In this document: positions 1 through 9,802 of the stretch, piece by piece | How the letters are laid out: every line of letters starts with the position of its first letter | How positions within the stretch are numbered: the first letter of the stretch is position 1 | Assembly (NCBI GenBank): GCA_001829495.1 | Contig: MIBJ01000001.1 | Location: 2,414-66,413 of the forward strand | DNA: 64,000 nucleotides | Source: Spirochaetes bacterium RBG_16_49_21 | GTDB taxonomy: Bacteria; Spirochaetota; UBA4802; UBA5550 | Direction of reading: 5' to 3' | Made by a program: the position numbers and the translations under genes | The notes under the pieces: generated by a model | Database searches by the model: none | What the model was told of the DNA's origin: nothing | Seen by the model: the letters and a program-made list of their open reading frames with translations, nothing else

Positions 1-354
1 GCCGCAATATCAATGGCTGAGGGCTACGGCAGCATCCTGGACCTGAACGTGTGCAAGCCGGTAATGATCTACAATCTGCTGGACTCCCTTGAGATAATAA
101 GCAACGGCATCCATTCCTTTATAAAGAACTGTTTAACCGGCTTAAAAGCGAACAAGGAGCAGATAACCGCTCATCTCGAGAGGATGCTCATGACCGTCAC
201 TAACCTGAGCCCTTATATAGGGTATGATAAGTGCGCGGAGATCGCTCAAAAAGCTTTTAGGGAACGTAAGACTATCAGGGAAGTCATAAGGGAACTCAAC
301 ATTACTATTGAAGGCGATATCGACGAACTGCTTGATCCGCGGAAGATGGCATGA
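1..354 (+). CDS. Class II fumarate hydratase / aspartase-family lyase, C-terminal fragment; the 5' end lies outside the window
   Basis: The ORF runs in frame from the window edge. The C-terminal domain motifs GYDKCAEIAQKA...LDPRKM resemble the FumC/AspA C-terminus. Confidence 0.6.
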   Translation, partial: AAISMAEGYGSILDLNVCKPVMIYNLLDSLEIISNGIHSFIKNCLTGLKANKEQITAHLERMLMTVTNLSPYIGYDKCAEIAQKAFRERKTIREVIRELNITIEGDIDELLDPRKMA

Positions 355-551
355 TGCGGGGAGCTTTTGACCTCGCCCCCGATCCTTCTCTCCCTCCGGG
401 AGTCGCCAGCCGGTGCATCCATGCACGCTGCCGCATACTTAGCGACAAAATGTCGAGGATGCGCAACGCGCAGGTGAGTTCGCATATTTAAAATTTGTGC
501 ACGACATATATCTTTTTAATTGCTATATTTACCTTATAAAAGGAGAACAAT

Positions 552-2471
552 ATGAAAGGCACTTTAGCGGAAAAGATACTAAAAGAACATCTTCTTGAAG
601 GCAGGCTTATTCCCGGAAAGGAGATCGGCATCCGCATAGACCAGTCCCTGACGCAGGATGCGACCGGCACCATGGTCTACCTTGAGTTTGAGTCGCTCAA
701 CATGAAGCGCGTGAACATAGAGCTGGCGGTAAGCTATATCGACCACAACATCATTCAGACCGATTACCGGAACGCAGACGATCACCGCTTTCTGCAGTCC
801 GCTGCCGCCAAATACGGGGTAATACTGTCGTCGGCCGGGAATGGTGTTTCGCATCACGTGCACCGCCAACGCTTCGGTATCCCCGGAAAAACGCTCCTCG
901 GCTCCGACAGCCACACCACCACCGGCGGGTGCCTCGGTATGCTGGCCATGGGATCAGGGGGGATCGAAGTCGCCATGGCCATGGCAGGAAAGCCCTACTA
1001 TATCAACACCCCCACCATCTGGGGAATCAGCGTGGAGGGGGAATTTCAGCCCTTCGTGTCTGGCAAGGACCTGATATTGAAACTCCTTGGTGACTATACG
1101 GCAAAGTCCGGCATCGGCAAGATTATGGAATTTTACGGACCGGGCGTGAAAAACATGGATATGGCTGCCCGCGCCACCATCGCCAACATGGCTGTGGATA
1201 TGGGATTCACCGCCTGCATCTTCCCCTCCGATGAAATAACGCGCGATTATTTGAAGAAAAATGACCGGCCTGGTGATTTCAGGCGGCTTGCTGCGAGAAA
1301 GAACGCAGTGTACGATGAAATAACTGAAATAAAATTGAACGATATCGAACCCATGGTTGCGTGCCCCAGCAACCCCGACAACGTGAAGCCGGCCCGGGAG
1401 CTCGGCGGAGTTGAGGTCCACCAGGTCATAGTCGGCTCGTCAACCAACGGGGATTTCAGGGACTTCATGATCGTGGCCAAGATGGTGGAAGGCAGTATGA
1501 AGCATTCGCAGGTGAGCTTTGAGATTAACCCGGGAAGTCGCGAGACACTGGATAACGTGCTCGCAGCCGGAGGTATAAAGCTCCTGGTTGAAGCAGGGGC
1601 CCGCGTTCACGAACCAGGGTGCCTGGGCTGCATAGGGATGGGCCAGGCGCCGGCTACAGGCACCAATTCACTCCGGACGTTCCCCAGGAATTTCAAAGGG
1701 CGGAGCGGCACCAAGGAGGACGCGGTCTATCTCTGCTCGCCCGAAACCGCTGCCGCATCGGCCCTGACCGGCAGGATCACCGACCCGCGAAGCATGAAAA
1801 ACTATCCATCCATTGCCTATCCAAGAAAATACGCCTATAATATGGCATGGTTTATCCAGCCATCGGCTAATCCAGATTCAGTGGAGATCATCAAGGGTCC
1901 CAACATAAAGCCTTTTCCGCAGTTTAACGCGCTGGAAGCGGATATTGAAGGCAAGGTTCTTCTTAAAGTGGGGGACAATGTCAGCACCGACATCATAATG
2001 CCGGCGGGTAACCGGGTATTGCCGTACCGGAGCAACATCCCGGCCATAAGCGAGTTCGTGTTCGATATTGTTGATGAAAATTTCGCCAAAAGGGCGAAAG
2101 AGTTAGGGAACGTGGTTATAATAGGCGGTGAGAATTACGGGCAGGGCTCGTCCCGCGAGCACGCGGCGCTTGCTCCCCGCTATCTGGGCGTGAGGGCCAA
2201 GATAGTAAAGAGCATCGCGCGGATTCACAAGTCCAATCTCATCAACTACGGCATTATCCCCCTGATCTTTAAAAATAAAAGTGATTACGACAGCATCATG
2301 CAGGAAAATACGATCAGGATACCCGGCATCAGAAAACTGATTGAACAGGGTAAAACCGAAATTCCCGTTGAGATTAACGGCAAAAGGATACTCACACTTC
2401 TGGATGTTTCCAATCGCCACCGGAAGATACTTCTGGCAGGCGGCATGTTGAATATGGCAAGGCAGGGATGA
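552..2471 (+). CDS. Aconitase-family hydro-lyase, a short (~640 aa) fused LeuC/LeuD-like aconitate hydratase
   Basis: Motifs GSDSHTTTGG, CLGCIG and a C-terminal swivel domain ENYGQGSSREHAA; the N-terminus is LeuC/aconitase-like. A good RBS lies upstream. Confidence 0.75.
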   Translation: MKGTLAEKILKEHLLEGRLIPGKEIGIRIDQSLTQDATGTMVYLEFESLNMKRVNIELAVSYIDHNIIQTDYRNADDHRFLQSAAAKYGVILSSAGNGVSHHVHRQRFGIPGKTLLGSDSHTTTGGCLGMLAMGSGGIEVAMAMAGKPYYINTPTIWGISVEGEFQPFVSGKDLILKLLGDYTAKSGIGKIMEFYGPGVKNMDMAARATIANMAVDMGFTACIFPSDEITRDYLKKNDRPGDFRRLAARKNAVYDEITEIKLNDIEPMVACPSNPDNVKPARELGGVEVHQVIVGSSTNGDFRDFMIVAKMVEGSMKHSQVSFEINPGSRETLDNVLAAGGIKLLVEAGARVHEPGCLGCIGMGQAPATGTNSLRTFPRNFKGRSGTKEDAVYLCSPETAAASALTGRITDPRSMKNYPSIAYPRKYAYNMAWFIQPSANPDSVEIIKGPNIKPFPQFNALEADIEGKVLLKVGDNVSTDIIMPAGNRVLPYRSNIPAISEFVFDIVDENFAKRAKELGNVVIIGGENYGQGSSREHAALAPRYLGVRAKIVKSIARIHKSNLINYGIIPLIFKNKSDYDSIMQENTIRIPGIRKLIEQGKTEIPVEINGKRILTLLDVSNRHRKILLAGGMLNMARQG

Positions 2472-2472
2472 C

Positions 2473-3420
2473 ATGGAGAAAGTGAGCATCATCGGCAGCG
2501 GCAATGTAGGGGCCAACACGGCCTTTTTCATAGCAGAGAAAGGGATTACCAACGTATACCTCTACGATATTCAGGACGGCATTTCCACAGGAAAGGCGCT
2601 GGATATGATGGAGGCCGCGCCTATACGTAAATACCGCAACTGCATAACCGGCATCGACGATATCAATGACATCAGGAATTCCGAATCGGTGATCATAGCT
2701 GCAGGCACGGCGTGCAGTGTGGGAATGAAGCAGGAAAAGCTGCTGGAGGAAAATTGGGAAACGGTCTCAAGAATCGTCGAAAAAATTGTACAGATCTCTC
2801 CGGAAAGCATTGTCATTGTGGCGACCGAACCGGTGGATTTCCTTACCACCTTGATTGCGCAGAAATTCTCCCTGCCCCGCAATAAACTTCTCGGCCTGGG
2901 GTGTATACTGGATGCCAGCCGGCTTAAGGCCGCCGTTTCCCGGGAGCTCTCCATCTCAGCGGAAAACATCACCGCCATGGTGATAGGACGGGATTCCGAC
3001 GACATGATCGTGGTGTCCGAGTACACGCGCGTATCGGGAATCCCTCTTGTTCAACTGATTCCGGAAGGAAAAATCAAGGCTTTAATACACGAGGTCAGAG
3101 AAGGGGGAAATCTCATAGCGGAGCTTTCAGAGTGCCCCGGCTCCTATTATACGCCCTCTGCCGCTGCCGCTGAGGTGATTGATGCCATTCATATGGATCT
3201 AAAGAGAATTTTGCCGGTATCGGTGGAGATGGAGGGCGAGTACGGAACGACCGGCGTCGCCATGTCGCTTCCCTGCGTTATCGGTAAAAACGGCGTGGAG
3301 AAGGTGCTCACCCCCATCTTGACGAAGGCGCAGCAGGACGCCCTGAAAAAGAGCGCAGAGGCCATTAAGGAAATTATAGCGGTTTATGGCGAGAGCAAAG
3401 CTCACATCCGAAAATCATGA
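2473..3420 (+). CDS. Divergent LDH/MDH-family paralog that lacks the canonical catalytic His and substrate Arg residues
   Basis: N-terminal Rossmann motif IIGSGNVGAN. It aligns colinearly with the neighbouring MDH, but GRDSD replaces GGHGD and TACSVGMKQ replaces VPRKPGMDR. Confidence 0.7.
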   Translation: MEKVSIIGSGNVGANTAFFIAEKGITNVYLYDIQDGISTGKALDMMEAAPIRKYRNCITGIDDINDIRNSESVIIAAGTACSVGMKQEKLLEENWETVSRIVEKIVQISPESIVIVATEPVDFLTTLIAQKFSLPRNKLLGLGCILDASRLKAAVSRELSISAENITAMVIGRDSDDMIVVSEYTRVSGIPLVQLIPEGKIKALIHEVREGGNLIAELSECPGSYYTPSAAAAEVIDAIHMDLKRILPVSVEMEGEYGTTGVAMSLPCVIGKNGVEKVLTPILTKAQQDALKKSAEAIKEIIAVYGESKAHIRKS

Positions 3421-3443
3421 AGATAACATTATTACTACTGAAG

Positions 3444-3563
3444 CCAACTCATCCCCCCGGCCCCCTTCTCTTTGGGAAAAGAGAAGGGGGTGGTCACTAT
3501 AAGCTCTTTATCACAATCCCCTCCTCTTTACGGAGTAGAGAGGGGGGCAGGGGGGTGAGTTGG
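3444..3563. repeat. GC-rich nested palindromic intergenic element (family CTCACCCC/CCCTCTCC...GGAGAGGG/GGGGTGAG), copy A
   Basis: Outer arms ccaactcatcccccc / ggggggtgagttgg. Inner hairpins cccccttctctttgggaaaagagaaggggg and cccctcctctttacggagtagagagggggg. Confidence 0.65.
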
Positions 3564-3565
3564 CC

Positions 3566-4516
3566 ATGAAAAAGGTAAGCGTGATCGGGGCCGGCAACGT
3601 GGGCGCAACGACAGTCTACTATATAGCGGAGAAGAATATCGCCGATATCGTCATGGTGGATGTTGCCGAGGGGCTGGCGCAGAAAAAGGCGCTGGATTTT
3701 CTGCACTCTGCCACGCTTCGAAGCTATAACATCAGTATCACCGGCACCAGCGATTACCGCGAGATACGGGACTCGGACGTGGTGGTCGTCACTGCCGGGG
3801 TACCCCGCAAGCCCGGCATGGACCGGATGGATCTCCTTAAAATCAATGTGGCAATTGTTACGGGCGCATCCCGGTATATTGCCGAATACTGTCCCGATGC
3901 GGTGGTGATCGTGGTCACCAATCCGCTGGACGTAATCGCCATGGTGGTGCTCAGGGAGACCGGTTTTGCCATAAAAAAGGTGGTGGGTATGGCCGGCGCT
4001 CTTGATTCCACCCGTTTCCGCTACTTCATCGCCGAAAAGCTGGGTGTATGGCCGGGCGATGTGATGGCGATGGTGTTGGGAGGGCATGGTGATGAGATGG
4101 TGCCGCTTAAAAATTACACCTCGGTGGGAGGCATTCCCCTGCCCCAGCTTCTGGATGATGATTCAATTGAAGGCATGATCCGGCGCACCCGCGACGGCGG
4201 CGGGGAGATCGTTAAATATCTTAAAACAGGGAGCGCCTTTTATGCGCCGGGCGCTTCCGTAGCCAAGATGGTGGAGTCAGTCATCAAAGACGAGAAGCGT
4301 CTTATGGCGGCCAGCGCTTATCTGCGGGGAGAGTATGGGTATCATAATATATTTTTAGGGGTGCCGGCGCTTCTGGGAAAGAACGGAATCGAGAAAATAA
4401 TTAATATTGAGCTCGCACCCGAGGAAAAGAAGGCCCTCGACGCCTCGGCCGAAGCGGTAAGAGAGGGAATCAGGATGCTGGAGAGCTTTTATGTGCCGGG
4501 GGGAGAAAGCCAATGA
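3566..4516 (+). CDS. mdh: Malate dehydrogenase, LDH-like MDH family
   Basis: Motifs VIGAGNVG, AGVPRKPGMDR, LDSTRFR, GGHGDEMVP. An ATG lies at 3566; the ORF track begins at an upstream TTG. The stop overlaps the sdhA start (ATGA). Confidence 0.85.
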   Translation: MKKVSVIGAGNVGATTVYYIAEKNIADIVMVDVAEGLAQKKALDFLHSATLRSYNISITGTSDYREIRDSDVVVVTAGVPRKPGMDRMDLLKINVAIVTGASRYIAEYCPDAVVIVVTNPLDVIAMVVLRETGFAIKKVVGMAGALDSTRFRYFIAEKLGVWPGDVMAMVLGGHGDEMVPLKNYTSVGGIPLPQLLDDDSIEGMIRRTRDGGGEIVKYLKTGSAFYAPGASVAKMVESVIKDEKRLMAASAYLRGEYGYHNIFLGVPALLGKNGIEKIINIELAPEEKKALDASAEAVREGIRMLESFYVPGGESQ

Positions 4517-6249
4517 AACATCACTATGAAGCGATAATCGTCGGCGCCGGGGGTGCCGGGCTTTACGCGGCCCTGGAGGCGAGTAAAACCGCTAAAACAG
4601 CCGTGCTGTCCAAACTTTATCCGGTCCGCAGCCATACCGGAACGGCCCAGGGAGGGATAGGGGCGGCCCTGGGAAACGTGGAGGAGGACCGGCCCGAGTG
4701 GCACGCCTTCGATACCATCAAGGGAGGCGATTACCTGACTGACCAGAAAGCGGCGCAGATACTGGTTGAGGAGGCGGTAGAAGCGGTGTACCATCTGGAA
4801 AACCTGGGACTTCCCTTCAGCAGAACAAGCGAGGGAAAAATCGACCAGCGCCGCTTCGGCGGTCACACCAGGAACTTCGGCGAGGCGCCGGTGAGACGAT
4901 CCTGCTATGCGGCAGACCGCACCGGCCATATGATCCTCCAGACCCTGTATCAGCAATGCATCAAGAACAAGGTCGCTTTTTTCGATGAATTTTTCGTGCT
5001 GGACGTGCTCATTGACGGAAAAAAGTGCAATGGCGTTGTGGCGATGGAGCTGGCCACCGGTGAAATACATACCTTTCAATCGAAAGCGGTCCTGTTCGCT
5101 ACCGGCGGGTTCGGCCGGATTTACCGGATCACCTCCAATGCTTACGCCAGTACCGGCGACGCCCCGGCGGTGCTGGCACGCGCCGGAGTACCCATGGAGG
5201 ACATGGAGTTCTTCCAGTTTCATCCCACCGGCATCTACGGCATGGGCATTCTCATCACCGAGGCGGTGCGGGGAGAGGGAGGAGTCCTCCTCAACCGTAA
5301 CGGCGACCGGCTCATGGAGGAATACGCCCCTGCACTGCTGGACCTTGCCCCACGGGACCTGATAAGCCGCGCCATCATCACCGAGATAAAGAAGGGTAAC
5401 GGCATACGGGGCGATAAAAAGATAGACGACTATGTGTATCTCGACGCCACCCGTATCGGGAAAGAGGTGATCGAGAAAAAACTGCCCGACATCGCCGGCT
5501 TCTGCCGCACCTACCTGGGAATCGACCCGGCGGAGAAGCCGATACCGGTGCAGCCCACTGCGCACTATGCCATGGGCGGTATCCCCACCGACATAATGGG
5601 GCGCGTTCTTGCGAGCGGCGGGGGCGATATATACGAGGGATTGTATGCCGCCGGAGAGTGCGCATGCATATCCGTGCATGGCGCAAATCGTCTGGGCACC
5701 AACAGCCTGGTGGACCTGATCGTGTACGGCAGAAGGGCCGGAGCGGAGATGGCGCGTTTCGTGAAGGAGGCTGATTTCGGCTCAATGCCGGCATCCGCTG
5801 ATGAACAGGCGCGAAAGAAGATCAATGCCCTCTTCACCGGAAAAAAGGGCAAATCCAGGGGCGATATTGCAACGAGGATGCAGGAAATCATGATGGAAAA
5901 GGTGGGCGTATTCCGCACCGGGGAAGAGATGAAAAGGGCGATTACGGATATACGCCGGATCAGGGAGGAATTCAACGATGTCCGCGTCGAGGATACCGGT
6001 AAAAGGTTTAATACCGAGCTGCTCGAGGTACTGGAGCTTGAAAACCTGCTGGATATCGCATACTTGACCGCTGTTGCTGCGAAGAACAGAACTGAGACGC
6101 GCGGAGCGCATTCGCGGATGGATTTTCCTGAAAGGGATGATAAGAAATGGCTAAAGCACAGCCTCATATGGCTCGATGGGGAGAAGTATAAAATAGGATA
6201 TAGAGATGTGGACATATCGCTGTATAAGCCGAAAGCGAGGACGTATTGA
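4513..6249 (+). CDS. sdhA: Succinate dehydrogenase / fumarate reductase flavoprotein subunit
   Basis: Motifs IVGAGGAGL, HTGTAQGGI, HYAMGGIPT and a C-terminal ETRGAHSR motif. Confidence 0.9.
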   Translation: MKHHYEAIIVGAGGAGLYAALEASKTAKTAVLSKLYPVRSHTGTAQGGIGAALGNVEEDRPEWHAFDTIKGGDYLTDQKAAQILVEEAVEAVYHLENLGLPFSRTSEGKIDQRRFGGHTRNFGEAPVRRSCYAADRTGHMILQTLYQQCIKNKVAFFDEFFVLDVLIDGKKCNGVVAMELATGEIHTFQSKAVLFATGGFGRIYRITSNAYASTGDAPAVLARAGVPMEDMEFFQFHPTGIYGMGILITEAVRGEGGVLLNRNGDRLMEEYAPALLDLAPRDLISRAIITEIKKGNGIRGDKKIDDYVYLDATRIGKEVIEKKLPDIAGFCRTYLGIDPAEKPIPVQPTAHYAMGGIPTDIMGRVLASGGGDIYEGLYAAGECACISVHGANRLGTNSLVDLIVYGRRAGAEMARFVKEADFGSMPASADEQARKKINALFTGKKGKSRGDIATRMQEIMMEKVGVFRTGEEMKRAITDIRRIREEFNDVRVEDTGKRFNTELLEVLELENLLDIAYLTAVAAKNRTETRGAHSRMDFPERDDKKWLKHSLIWLDGEKYKIGYRDVDISLYKPKARTY

Positions 6250-6363
6250 CCTCACCCCGCCTCCGGCGCGCCCTCTCCGACTCGGAGAGGGCTTCTCTGA
6301 TCGAAAGCCTTCTCCTACGAACTCCCCCTCTCCTTGAGGAGAGGGGGCCGGGGGGTGAGGTCA
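6247..6363. repeat. GC-rich nested palindromic element, copy B
   Basis: Outer arms tgacctcacccc ... ggggggtgaggtca. Inner hairpins ccctctccgactcggagaggg and ccccctctccttgaggagaggggg. Confidence 0.7.
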
Positions 6364-6375
6364 TAAGGAGCGATC

Positions 6376-7095
6376 ATGAAAATTACATTAAAAATCCAGC
6401 GTTTCAATAAAGAAAAGGATGAAAAGCCTTATTTCCAGGAATTCGAGCTGGAGGCCGAGCCTACAGACCGGCTCCTGGACGCGCTGATGTCTGTGGTAAC
6501 CAATCTGGACGGCTCCCTTGGCCTCCGGAAGAGCTGCGCTCACGGCATCTGCGGCTCTGACGCCATGGTGATCAACGGCATAGAGCGGCTGGCCTGCAAG
6601 ACTCTGATAAAGGACGTGGCTGATGATAATAATTCAGCGATCACCGTGGAGCCGTTGAGATGTATGCCGGTACAAAAGGACCTTATGGTGGACCAGGGCA
6701 GGTTCTTTGAAACCTACCGGGCAGTGAAGCCCTTTTTGATAAATGAGGAGCCGGCAGACGGGAAAGAACGCATTCAAACGCCAGAAGAGCGCTCCCGGTT
6801 CGACGACGCCACCAAGTGCATTCTCTGCGCAGCCTGCTATTCGTCATGCCCGGTCATTCAGGAGAAAAACCCGGCGTTCATCGGGCCCGCTGCCGTGGTC
6901 AATGCAGCCCGGTTCCTCTTCGACAGCCGCGACCGGGGCATGGAGGAGCGGCTTCCGGTGCTTAATGATGAGAACGGCGTATGGCCGTGCGAGAATCATT
7001 TCAACTGCACGCGGGTGTGCCCGCGCGACATCAAGGTTACGAAGAACATCAATTTAACGAAACGGGAAATCAAAAATTATAATGTTCAACAATAA
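6376..7095 (+). CDS. sdhB: Succinate dehydrogenase / fumarate reductase iron-sulfur subunit, E. coli SdhB-like with Asp in the 2Fe-2S motif
   Basis: CAHGICGSDAMVINGIERLAC (2Fe-2S) and CILCAACYSSCP (4Fe-4S) motifs. RBS taaggag upstream. Confidence 0.9.
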   Translation: MKITLKIQRFNKEKDEKPYFQEFELEAEPTDRLLDALMSVVTNLDGSLGLRKSCAHGICGSDAMVINGIERLACKTLIKDVADDNNSAITVEPLRCMPVQKDLMVDQGRFFETYRAVKPFLINEEPADGKERIQTPEERSRFDDATKCILCAACYSSCPVIQEKNPAFIGPAAVVNAARFLFDSRDRGMEERLPVLNDENGVWPCENHFNCTRVCPRDIKVTKNINLTKREIKNYNVQQ

Positions 7096-9793
7096 TTTCG
7101 ACTACATTGAAGAGCTTGTCACCGGTGAGAATGACATCGGAGAAATTCTGGAAAACAAACCCGAGCGTTTCGCGGTAACCCAAAAACGCGCGGTCCCGGT
7201 CGATGACCGGGTATTTAAACAGAGCCGCGTTGACAGCATGCTCTGGGCGTACCGCGATATCGGCTATCTTTACGCGAATGTGAATCCCCTGGGCGAAACC
7301 TACAACAGGGACTTTACGCGCCTGGTCGAATTTCAGGAGGAATCCTATCACAAGCTTTCCCTGGAGGAGTTCGGCCTGTCAGAGGCGGATCTCGAAACCG
7401 AGTTCTTCGGAGGAAAATTCATCGGCGACGGCATGCTGCCGCTGCGGGAGATACTCGCGCGGTTTACAGCGACGTACTGCTCCTCCGTGGGAGCGGAATT
7501 TCTGCACATCCAAAATAAGAACATCCGCGAATGGCTCATCGAGCGGATGGAATCCACCCGGAACGTCACCCGATTCTCCCCTGAACAGAAGCGGATAATC
7601 TTGAGCGATCTCATCAAGAGCGAGGAGCTCGAAAACATACTCCACCGGACATTCCTGGGGCAGACGCGCTTTTCCATCCAGGGTGCGGACGTGGTGATCC
7701 CGGCGCTCCACTTCCTGGTGGACAGCGCCCGTCGATTCAACATCGAAGAGATCGTCATGGGCACGAGCCACCGCGGAAGGCTCTCCATACTGAACGCGAT
7801 ATTAGAGCAGTCTCCGGAAGAGATCTTTTACCGCTTTGAAGAGAACTTCGTGCCGGGGATGCTCGGCGGCAGCGGCGATGTGCGGTACCATATCGGCTAC
7901 TGCACCCGGCATGTGAATGAGGACGGCACCTCAGTGAACATAACCCTCTTGCCCAATTCCAGCCATCTGGAATCGGTGGACGCCGTGGTCGAGGGCGATG
8001 TGCGCGGGTTGCAGGACTTAAGGAACGACGCTGAAAGAAAAAGAATCATACCGGTACTACTGCACGGAGACGCATCCTTCTCCGCGCAGGGCGTCGTAGC
8101 GGAAACCTTCAACCTCTCGCAGTTGGAGGGATACACCACCGGCGGTACCCTGCATATCGTGATCAACAATCAGATCGGTTTTACCACCTCCATGGTCGAA
8201 GGGCGCTCCGGCCTGAACCCCACGGACGTAGCCAAGATGATGCCGGTGCCTATCTTTCACGTAAACGGGGACGATCCGGAAGCGATGCTGCACATTATGC
8301 AGCTCGCCCTTGAATACCGGCAGAAATTCCATAGGGACGTTGTGGTGGATATCTATTCCTATCGAAGGTACGGACATAACGAGGGCGATGAGCCGTCTTT
8401 CACCCATCCCCGCATGTATGCCCTGATCAAAGATCATGAGAGCACGCTCTCGCTGTATGCCAAAAAATGCCTGAAAGAGGCCCTCATCACCGAGGATGAA
8501 ATAAAGGAGATGCGCGACAGGTATAAACAGGCGCTCGCTTCCGCGCTCAAAGAAGAGCGGGCGAAAAAGGGCGAAATCAAGGGCCCCACTCCGGAATCCG
8601 GTGGGATCGAAGAAAAAGAGATCGTCACCGCCTCGCCGGAGCCGCTCCTGCTTGAAATCGCGCAAAAAATAACAACCGCGCCGCCTGATTTTACCCTGCA
8701 CAGCCGCTTGAAAAGAATCATAGAAGGCAATTATAAAAAATTCAGGGAAGAAAAACGGGTGGACTGGGCCATGGCCGAGACCCTTGCCTTCGGTACGCTT
8801 CTCCTCGATGGCGTTCCGGTGCGCCTGAGCGGACAGGACAGCGTGCGCGGCACTTTTTCACAGCGCCACCTTGTCTGGTGGGAAACGGAAAAGGGGGCCC
8901 GCTACCATTATGTTCCGCTGGCCAATCTGACAAAGGATCAGGCCCGGCTGTCGGCCTACGACAGCCCCCTGTCTGAATATTCGGCGCTCGCTTTTGAATA
9001 CGGGTATGCGATCAGTCGTCCCGATTCCCTGGTTATATGGGAAGCCCAGTACGGCGATTTCGCAAACGGCAGCCAGGTGGTGATCGACTGCTACATCGTA
9101 TCCGGAAAATCGAAATGGAATATCGAGAACGGCCTCGTGCTCCTTCTGCCCCACGGATACGAAGGAATGGGAGCGGAGCACTCGAGCGGCCACCTGGAGC
9201 GCTTCCTGCAGCTCTGCTCGGAAGATAACATACGGGTCTGCAACGTGACCACACCGGCCCAGTATTTTCATCTGCTGCGCCGGCAGAAGAAGAACCGGAA
9301 CCAGAGGCCCCTTGTCATCATGACGCCCAAAAGCCTGCTCCGGCATCCGCGCTCCGTATCAACCCTGAATGAGTTAAGCAAAGGGGGCTTCCGGAGGATA
9401 CTCGATGATGTATCGAGCGAAGATATTCGACGCCTCCTTTTCTGTTCCGGAAAAATCTATTATGATCTTATAAATGAATTTAAGGAAGAGCATCGCGTAA
9501 CTACCGGCATAGTCCGCGTGGAGCAGCTTTACCCCTTCCCCAAAAAGGAGATAGAAGGGATACTGGATAAATACCGAAAGGTGAAGAGCCTTTACTGGGT
9601 TCAGGAGGAGCCGCGCAACCGCGGGGCATGGCGTTATATGCAGGAACAGTTTGAGCACTATTTTCCCGAATCGCATCTACTGTATATCGGAAGGGAGGCG
9701 AGCGCCAGCCCGGCAACCGGATCGCTGAAAAAGCACAACGAGGAACAGCAGACAATCGTGGCACGGGCGATAAAAGATTATGACAAAAATTAG
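7082..9793 (+). CDS. sucA: 2-oxoglutarate dehydrogenase E1 component
   Basis: 903 aa. Carries TPP-dependent E1 motifs (HRGRLSIL, GYxxxHNEGDEP) and SucA-like length. Confidence 0.9.
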   Translation: MFNNNFDYIEELVTGENDIGEILENKPERFAVTQKRAVPVDDRVFKQSRVDSMLWAYRDIGYLYANVNPLGETYNRDFTRLVEFQEESYHKLSLEEFGLSEADLETEFFGGKFIGDGMLPLREILARFTATYCSSVGAEFLHIQNKNIREWLIERMESTRNVTRFSPEQKRIILSDLIKSEELENILHRTFLGQTRFSIQGADVVIPALHFLVDSARRFNIEEIVMGTSHRGRLSILNAILEQSPEEIFYRFEENFVPGMLGGSGDVRYHIGYCTRHVNEDGTSVNITLLPNSSHLESVDAVVEGDVRGLQDLRNDAERKRIIPVLLHGDASFSAQGVVAETFNLSQLEGYTTGGTLHIVINNQIGFTTSMVEGRSGLNPTDVAKMMPVPIFHVNGDDPEAMLHIMQLALEYRQKFHRDVVVDIYSYRRYGHNEGDEPSFTHPRMYALIKDHESTLSLYAKKCLKEALITEDEIKEMRDRYKQALASALKEERAKKGEIKGPTPESGGIEEKEIVTASPEPLLLEIAQKITTAPPDFTLHSRLKRIIEGNYKKFREEKRVDWAMAETLAFGTLLLDGVPVRLSGQDSVRGTFSQRHLVWWETEKGARYHYVPLANLTKDQARLSAYDSPLSEYSALAFEYGYAISRPDSLVIWEAQYGDFANGSQVVIDCYIVSGKSKWNIENGLVLLLPHGYEGMGAEHSSGHLERFLQLCSEDNIRVCNVTTPAQYFHLLRRQKKNRNQRPLVIMTPKSLLRHPRSVSTLNELSKGGFRRILDDVSSEDIRRLLFCSGKIYYDLINEFKEEHRVTTGIVRVEQLYPFPKKEIEGILDKYRKVKSLYWVQEEPRNRGAWRYMQEQFEHYFPESHLLYIGREASASPATGSLKKHNEEQQTIVARAIKDYDKN

Positions 9794-9802
9794 GATACGG
9801 CA

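Noticed and set aside
4489-5679. Long antisense ORFs overlapping real genes on the opposite strand, including 4489-5679(-), 18781-19860(+), 22249-23454(+), 30526-32352(+), 32757-33542(+), 47847-49232(+) and 50078-50872(+).
   Set aside because: Their products are Arg/Pro/Gly/His-rich and low-complexity with no family resemblance. They are shadows of high-GC genes whose opposite-strand products have clear homology.
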